A DNA stretch of 59,561 nt, the filler included, from Sphacelaria rigidula (lineage: Eukaryota), in the NCBI GenBank assembly GCA_964200075.2. It is 5 parts of 5 records of this genome, joined end to end, with 100 filler letters (N's around TTAATTAATTAA, not from the genome) between each part and the next. Parts side by side here need not be neighbours in the genome. Positions count along the whole stretch, not along the records: positions 47,731 to 59,561 come from CAXNAA020004449.1; 4 more parts are not named here. One strand, 5' to 3'. Every line of letters starts with the position of its first letter. Position 1 is the first letter of the stretch. The position numbers were made by a program, and so were the translations under genes. This document shows, one piece after another, positions 51,806 to 59,561 of the stretch. The notes beneath the pieces are model-generated. The model was given only the letters and a program-made list of their open reading frames with translations, did no database searches and was not told where the DNA came from.

Positions 51806-52752
51806 CTTTTTTGCTCGATCAGCAAACTGCAGCGTAGATACGGTGTCGTTCGTCTGCTCCGCAAGTGGAGATACACACGCGATTATTGTAGTTCTTGTGT
51901 TTCCGCCCAACGAGTCCTGCAAAAGTCGAGTGAGCTTCGAATCTCGATAGGGTACATGTGTCCTATGCTTCTCCGATAGCGCGGATACAACGTTGCCCAG
52001 GGCAGACAAGCTTTTGTTGATGTTCCGAAGTTCTTTGAAGTGAGTCCTCGTGATATTTATAGTCGAGTCCATTTTTTCCGAGCCAGCAAGGTCAACCAAG
52101 CTCAGTTTTGCCTGTCGGTACGTAACGTGTTCACCACTGCCGGCAGAAGCGGAAAGTCCACCGCTGCCGCACGCTCCTCCACCTCCTCCGCCCCCACTGC
52201 TTTCTGCCTCGACCATGAGCTGCATCACTGCGTGACTTCGGCTGCTAGCCTCATTATGCTGCGTGGCACGCACCCTTCGATTTGTAGCACCGACGTTGAT
52301 GTAGTGTAAAACATCCTGCGCCCCGGCTACCCGAAAAGATGACAGCCCGTTGACGAACACCCGTCTGTTCTCGTTCAGGGCACCTGGTCGTCTTCCCTCC
52401 GATCGTGCGGAGTAGTCCGGCGATCCACCAGCACGGTATGAATCGCTTTGCCTGCCGCTCCTCCGACGTCGCCGCCCACCGTTACTGCCAAACCCTTTAC
52501 TGCTACAGTTGCCCGCTGATGACTCTTCTCGAATTTGCAGGGATAATCCCTTGCTGGTGTGATTGCTTCCATCTTGCAGAAGGTCGACAATTTCTTCATT
52601 GTAGATTTGTAGAAAGGAGCACGTTACAGAGTAGGCAAACGTTTGATCCTCTTCGGAGATCGCTGCGAGGCGATCGAAGAGAAACTGCACGGACCGTGGT
52701 ATAACCCCCCAGTCTGCAGGGTGGTCGGGTAGCCGTGTTCCGCCACCTGGCC
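51806..52752 (-). CDS. Kinesin motor domain exon (switch I/II)
   Basis: SFLQIYNE, NEASSRSH, LVDLAGSE, INKSLSALGNV, HVPYRDSKLTRLLQDSLGGN; phase 1/0. Confidence 0.95.
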
Positions 52753-52994
52753 CTGTGGGGCAGTAGGGAGTGGGGGCATGGCTTGCTTCAGCTTTGAGGG
52801 TCAACAAGCGAGAGGCCTTTCAAACATGCGAATGGGAAGGTCGGCGAAAGTAAGCATGGCAATAGTTTGTTAGGGATTAACGTGGCACACGATGTAGATA
52901 CACACGAGTTGAGCATCTTGGCGACTACCACGCGTCCTCTAGTTTCGCCATACTATGCAGCAGATGTTATCGCCGTGCGCCTTAACATAATGTA

Positions 52995-53181
52995 CCAAGG
53001 TTGTGTTCTGTCGAGTACGGTTTTCTGTATCCGGATTTCTGTCTCTGTATCCGGATTTCTGTCTCTGGGTATTTTACCGCACCCGACACTTTCATACCGG
53101 TACCCGACATTTCTGTAAGTTCTGTAAGGAATCCCATACCCTACAGAACATACTCATACCGTACAGAACACACAACATTGT
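52995..53181. mobile_element. Short MITE-like intronic element with 20-bp internal tandem repeats
   Basis: Inverted ends gttgtgttctgt.. / ..acagaacacacaac; (tctgtatccggatttctgtc) x2. Confidence 0.55.
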
Positions 53182-53376
53182 AATGTACAAACATACATAC
53201 CGTGATGGTTTAATTCACGTGACGAGGGGTTTGCGCTTCACCTTCAGTGACACGGGTGCCTGTTTATGATCATACGTTAAGTACAATCAGTAGAGTGTAG
53301 CGTGGAGTTTGCATCAACATATTTCGGACCATGAACAAGTTCAACAGGAACAATAGCGACTCTTGCCCCAGCTCAC

Positions 53377-53599
53377 CAATAAGCGTGTGGGTCTTTCCGG
53401 AGCCAGTCTGTCCATAAGCCAGGACACAAGCGTTGTATCCCTCCAGCACAGTGTCTAGTGCTGGAACCAGTCCCTTAAATACATCTTCTTGGGTCGAGTC
53501 TGGGTTGAATACTCTGTCGTAGGTGCACTGAATGGCCTTGCTGGGCTGCGACGCGTTCCGAACGGACAGGCATGCGCCGCCCTGGTCGATGTCAACCAC
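53377..53599 (-). CDS. Kinesin motor domain exon (P-loop); upstream exon(s) not identified
   Basis: [37 protein letters not shown]; cag acceptor, G|gtgag donor. Confidence 0.95.
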
Positions 53600-55644
53600 C
53601 TGCGTCCCGTCAATGCACGAGAATGGATCGATAGGTTCAAGTGTACCGGGTTCAACCCTGCCATAAAATAGGAAAGAGACGTGAGATAAATGACTGAATT
53701 CGGCGTTGATGACACTAGGAGATTGACATACAAGAAATGGTGCTGACGGGAATGCGCAAGATAGGATTTTGACCCTCGCCCGAAATAATGCTTATTTTCA
53801 GCTGGCCTGCACGGTAATTACACTCGGAGGACAGAGAAATGGATAACAAAAAGATCTACGCACGTGCGTGTTCAAGAGTGAATACTCAGCTGTGCTCTAC
53901 AGTGACGTATAGTGAAAAACATACAAGAGTATGCAGCAAAGCGTTGATGCCTGATTCGTACAGTGTCGCAGACCTCGTTTCCACTTGGTGTTCTATCGAT
54001 CGGTCACTCACGCACTGAAAGTTCCGTGGCTATCCGTATGGCTATGCCTACTGTCTGCGGTGAAGTGTTTCGTGTGCAGCAAAGGGTATGGCATTCGTAC
54101 AATGCCATGCCCTTGGTGTGCAGATTCTTTGTGAGCACACTATGCTTCACTTAGCTGCAGTGTACTATATTTGCTGCACTGTTTACTACATGACATGAAA
54201 TCCGTGCGCCACCGATGCTAATCCAACCGCCTATACCATGGATAGTTGCGTCCCCGACAGGAGTTCTCCACCACTGTGGACTACACAGCACAACGTCGAA
54301 TTAAATGTAACATATATATGGTATGTGGAGTTGACAGTGTACACGCTGAATTGCGAAGATGCGTACAGCATGTTGCCACATTGAATACGCTTGGCACTTT
54401 TATAATGCACTTCATATACGGTATGGTGCTGTGCTGTACTATCACGTGCTGCGCTGGCGCTACAATGTCCCATATCGTACTTGTACCGTACCTTCATACG
54501 AGTATAGTATTTGCTACGGTAGCTATATTTTGAAGTACACCGAACTGTCGACCAAACGGGGGGGCAGCGATACTGAGCAGAATCGAGACAATACTCGTCG
54601 CAAGCACTGCCGGCAGTTGCCGCAAATGTGGCCGGTACTACACCCAGATGCCGCCCACTCGCGCGATTATCACCGAGCTACCGACGGTAGTTGACAGTTG
54701 AGACACCTCCGGCTGGTAGCTACCTACCTCAGTTTTTGCCGACACACGTTGCCGGCGTTTTCGAGTACTGGCCACACGTCGAAGGTGTGCTTACCCATTC
54801 CTGTCAGTGTGGCCACAAGTTTCTGCCGGCTTGCAGTCGCACTTGAGCAGGTGCGAGCGACATGACTGCCGTGTCACCGACAAGGCATTGTTGCCAGCAC
54901 TTATAGTAAGGTGAGCAACACGGCGAAACTGACGCCCAAACCTTCAGACAATGCGGCCAACACCTCGAGCTGCGGCGCGGCTGCAGCCTACACTTCTGGC
55001 ATCGGACGTGCCTACGGGGGTAGCGGAGATGTCAGCGACAATTGTCGACGGGTGGGCACGCTACCGCCTACCCACAAGGATGGCTCCCAACACTTACGAT
55101 GTCGATGCCTGCACGACCAGCCTATGTGCAATCGGCTCTCATGGAATGTTGGGGATACAATTGACCCTGCTCTCGGCAGTCGCAGAGGTATCGGCGATAT
55201 TAGCTCAGGTACGGCGACAGTTGCGAAATTGTGGGCGACAGTGACGTCCAAACACGGGATTGGTTACCGACGCCTACGACACCGGCGCCTGCACTAGCCT
55301 GAGTGATCGGCGCTTTTGGTACCTTGCGTGGCAGTATCAGCACTCTCATCAGTGGTAGCGAAGGTATCGGCGGAAGGGGCGATAGTTTCTGTGATAGTTG
55401 CGAAAATGTGAGTGAAATACCCGCCTTGGCGTCCACGGTCGAGAAATTGTTGCCGACAAAGTTCGAGTTGGTGCCGGCAATTGACAATGCAGCTACAACC
55501 CGCTGTACCATGGTCGACGGTATCTCGCCTTATGGCCCACACCTGTCACGTGCCCCGGACACATCTTGACTCACCGGTCACAGCGCGGGCGCTGCCGGTC
55601 ACGTTGGGGAGTGTAGCCGGAAATACCAAAGGGCTGATGCGATA

Positions 55645-56300
55645 GCCCACCCCAGAGAAGTGGCTATTTTGAGTAGGCAAAATCTTCATGTAAAAAAAAT
55701 GACATGAGCCGAGCATACCGTGCAGCTGGAAACTCCCACGCGTAACTCGTCTTCGCCAATGTTGCGCATGTGAGGTGCTTCATGCAGTCTAAAACTAGCT
55801 GTCATGTGCGGTATGGCTGTTTTCTTCGTGGTAGTTTTGGGGCTGGCTTGGGGGGACGCTGTCGCGGCATCACCCCGAGGTTGTGCGAACAACACCGAAA
55901 CTGCCATCGAAGTGTTTGTCTACCTCCAGCAGCGTCAGCGACCTGTTGGATGTGCACGCTTGTCGTAAGCATCAACGAGACTGCCCCCCCTTCGGCGGCA
56001 CTTGTGATGAGTGTTGGCAGCGCTGTCTGCAAGTGCAACCACGTGAAGAGATGAGCCTTTATCGAGTCTTTCTACAATAGCTCCCCCCCCCGAAACCAGC
56101 ACAAAACTGTCACGAAGAAAATGGTCATACAGCGCCTGATGTTTGGTTTCAGGCTGCCGGAAGCGCCTTATATGGGTGACATTAGCAAAAACGAACCCAA
56201 GGGTAGGAATTTCTAGTTGCTCGTTGTGCCGACTTTTTGCAGTGCGATTTGCGTGTAAATTGTGCTTTCCCCAAACCAGCTACTTCTGGGGGGGGGACTA
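55645..56300. mobile_element. Foldback-like element with ~200-bp inverted arms; a related single arm lies at 6905-7110
   Basis: 56095-56290 (caaaactgtcacgaagaaaatgg...) matches 6905-7110 directly and 55645-55855 in reverse complement. Confidence 0.6.
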
Positions 56301-58689
56301 TCGTAGAAACGGTGTCATTGCACTCTTTACCCGTGTCTTTTCCCACCAACACCGCGTGCAGCAGTAGGTAGCAGGCCCTACAGTGACAACCAGCCGATAC
56401 TCCCCCAGGTCCAAGATATTGGTGTGGTACATCAATCTATTTCGGTGCCGCTATTTGCGACACCGGTCTCGTAAATAGCGGCACCGAATCTATAGTAGTA
56501 GCTGAGTTACCGAGTTTCACGTCATCTGTAAGGCCCATTATTATCGAAACTATTTTTTCGCAGATCTCTGAAAAAAATGGCGTCTTCAGATCCCGCGTTC
56601 AGCGTTTTCCAAAAATAAAGCGGCTCGATGTTTTCTCCGAAGCTTCACGTTCGGAGAAGTGTAAACACATCGGACTGCAACGCAACACTCCGCAGAGCTG
56701 CCCTGTGAGCACGCCGTGGCGCTCGCAAGCGTACAAGAGTCATCAACAACCTTGCCAGTGACACCCTGGGCCACGTCGCGGAGTATGAAGTGCCGTGGGT
56801 TGGCGGTATCTATTTTCTTAGACGGCGTGTGCGTCGGCAGCGGTGGTTGAGCTGATGGAGTCAAGTACGGTGGTCACCGATTGCGGGCATACCGTACACA
56901 CTTTCGAAGTGAAGAGCAGAAACATCCAGTAGCGACCTACCTGTCTACCTGTGCTGCTACGATTGTCTGCTGTATTGAGTGTACGCTACTGCACCGTATG
57001 TAAGGTCCATAGCTGGCGGTATGATGGGGGGGTATCTGCGCATAGAAGTGACAGAAACTAAGCATGCTCCGAACTTTGCCCTGAGCTTTCACAGGAGGTA
57101 TTTTCATTTGTGGTTCCGGCTGCTGCCTTCCGGGAGGGCTGGTCGATCATGCCCTTGCCTTTCCGGCTGCTCCCCCGTTTCACAGAGGTTGCTAGAAAGA
57201 TGATTACCACAGTTTTGGACGCCGTACACGGGCGGGCAGCATCGTCCTGTCCTTTATTTTGCCGACGAAGGCGAGCCAATGACGAGATCAGCACTGTATT
57301 CGTGATGAGATACTACGTATCTGAACGGCAGGACTCCCTATAATAGACCTAATGGGCCATTTGGAACCCTACTGTAATGCCAGGATATGTCGCGTTCGCA
57401 ATCGCCATATACAAAAAGCATACCGGATATACTCCGCAACGAAGATCTCATATTTGTAGTCACCAAGACAGAATACATACGGTATGGTAACAATGCAATT
57501 CAGTGTAAAGTGTACAGCACGTACATCCTCGTCACTACTCCTCCAAGGCTGCGGTGTTCACCTGAGAGCTGCCATCCGCTTCTTCATACACGCTCCGTGG
57601 TCGCACCCGCACAAAAACGCTGATACCCTCCACTGTGTGTTTCCCTTGACTGCCCTTCTTGCCCATACCGGCCCTCTTCACTCATCCAACACCAACCACG
57701 CGGAATACGTCGGTATTGTAGTACTCTGTGCTGCACTGTCTGTGCTTTATGAATGGCCAGAGAAACTGATAGCGTTGCTCAACAATAGCTAAACGGTTTC
57801 ATTTCTGCCGCCACTGCCAAGTATGTACTCCAATTTACATGGGGGTCTTCCCATTGGTCATGGCAAAATAAAGCGGGGGAACTAGTTCCCTTTCACGAAC
57901 GCCCGCCCTTCTGTGTCATGTGGCGGCATTCAGTGTTGCATCCTGACGAGCATGCCGCTCTCTACCTCTGGTAGAGCTTCCAAGATCAATCGTGGGAATG
58001 TGGGTCCACCATCCCACATTCGTGTATCCTGCTCTCCCGCCGGTTCTCGTTCCAAGTATGTGGGCTCTATTGGCACCAATCTCAGCCGCAGGACTCCCGA
58101 GGTGCGATGGGCATGGCAAGCCATACCAATTCTTGCTCTGCCCCCGGTCCAGGCTGCTGAGACTGGCGTGCCGGTACACCATGCTTCAAAACACCGACCG
58201 ACTAGTCTAGCAACGCGAGTAGAGAACCGTGTGGTGAAGCTAAAGGAGGCTAATGGCGGGGTGGCGAATGCACTCCACAAGGCCGACCAAATCCTTGGAG
58301 AGCGACGAAGGTTGGCAACGTGAACGACATGATGTACTGTACAACTAGGCCAAGCCTACCTCCACCCCCACGTGAGCGAGGGGCCTCACATCCGATACTG
58401 AAGGAGTGGTTTCGAAACGGTAATACACACGCCCTAGACACGCCACAATTTTTGGAGATGACAACAACCATTGATAGGGGTATTTGACATACTGAGGCAC
58501 AGAGGAAACTCAGTGCCTGCAAGATTTCCTTCTGACACACGTTGTCTCGGAACCGTTGGCAGCTCGTAGCCTAGCGTCTCTTTCAGGTTTTTCCTATAGT
58601 AGCCTCTTTTCTTGTATTTTCTTCTGAATATCAACGATTCATAGGGGGCTACGGGGAGAAGTTTTTCGGACACGGATTCTCCCCCTCCC

Positions 58690-59230
58690 CCCTCTGCCCC
58701 CCTCCCAGAGGGCATTTTTTCGAAAATTGTCATGACTTGGGGAGGGGGGGGGGGGAAGGGGGGGGTGAATGTTGCTGCAAGAAATTGACCACTAAACACT
58801 GACAAAAAAACGAAAAGTCTCGTGGGCTTCGCGGGGTTCGTGTCCTTGCTTCTGCTCCTTGCCCGCTCTGTCCCGATGTCGGCTATGCTCACACACACGT
58901 ATGCACACGAGCGCACGGTAGCGACAGCCTGTAGCCAATGTAGAAGCAATGTCTCACGCCTCGCCAAACTTGCCCGGATTGCTACTGGTAGGTATTCGAG
59001 GCACACGACACGGAACATCATCCCATAAATGTAATCATGATAAGTGATAGGCTTGGGGAGGGCAGCGCGTCCGACATTTCAGCGGTCTCCATGGCAAGGA
59101 TCTCTGTACACGGCAGCTGACCGCATCCGCCAACGCCTCGGCGAAAAACTAGGAGACGGCAGGCTGGATGCCTCCCCCTCTCCCTCAAAAACTTAAACTT
59201 TCGATCTTGGGGCCTACGTGTCCCGAAATC
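58690..59230 (-). mobile_element. Repeat family B copy (inverted relative to 8360-9520)
   Basis: Shared blocks tgaccgcatccgccaacgc, ttcgatcttgggg, gaaattgacca, tgcttctgctcctt. Confidence 0.6.
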
Positions 59231-59472
59231 GTTTCCCCATAGCCCCCTGACGATCCTTCATGTTTTTCACTTATTTTTTTCTTTTTCCTTTCTCGAGTTC
59301 CCTTCCGCGAATATTTTCGTATGGTCACCTCGAATACGGCTATCTCATGACCACAGCTGCATTCGTAGCTGATCACTTCATACGTTGATATCAATCAGAT
59401 TTATCAATTAACTGCATCCTCCCCGAACGATTTTCTGCATGGCGGCTCTCCTCGAAGAATGATACCGCGATA

Positions 59473-59518
<46 letters not shown>

Positions 59519-59561
59519 CCCGGACCCCTCGGCGCCTGCGCGAGCAACACACGGCAACCAA

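Noticed and set aside
56586-58323. Kinesin first exon or a separate gene
   Set aside because: No VRxRP motif or phase-compatible exon found; the short ORFs lack recognisable homology

Overview
Eukaryotic nuclear DNA, very probably a brown alga (Phaeophyceae): GT-AG spliced genes with long repeat-rich introns and an EsV-1-7 repeat gene. The window is not one locus. It is five contigs of near-identical length (11834, 11834, 11831, 11831, 11831 bp) joined by artificial N44-TTAATTAATTAA-N44 linkers, so most genes are truncated at contig ends. Contig 1: five exons of an iron-ADH-family gene with apparently lost metal ligands, and the first exon of a UDP-glucose pyrophosphorylase. Contig 2: six exons of eIF4A (minus strand), with three tandem box C/D snoRNAs (SNORD2/snR39B-like, plus a second putative 18S guide) in its upstream intron. 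Contig 3: an uninterrupted EsV-1-7 ORF with 16 full repeats showing localized hypervariable residues, plus LINE and Copia relics. Contig 4: the first four exons of a CWF19L2-like gene and nested MITEs. Contig 5: a kinesin whose hand-assembled last exons encode a Tudor-like domain. Exon boundaries were derived by hand from splice signals and phase consistency. Family assignments come from recalled motifs, not database searches.
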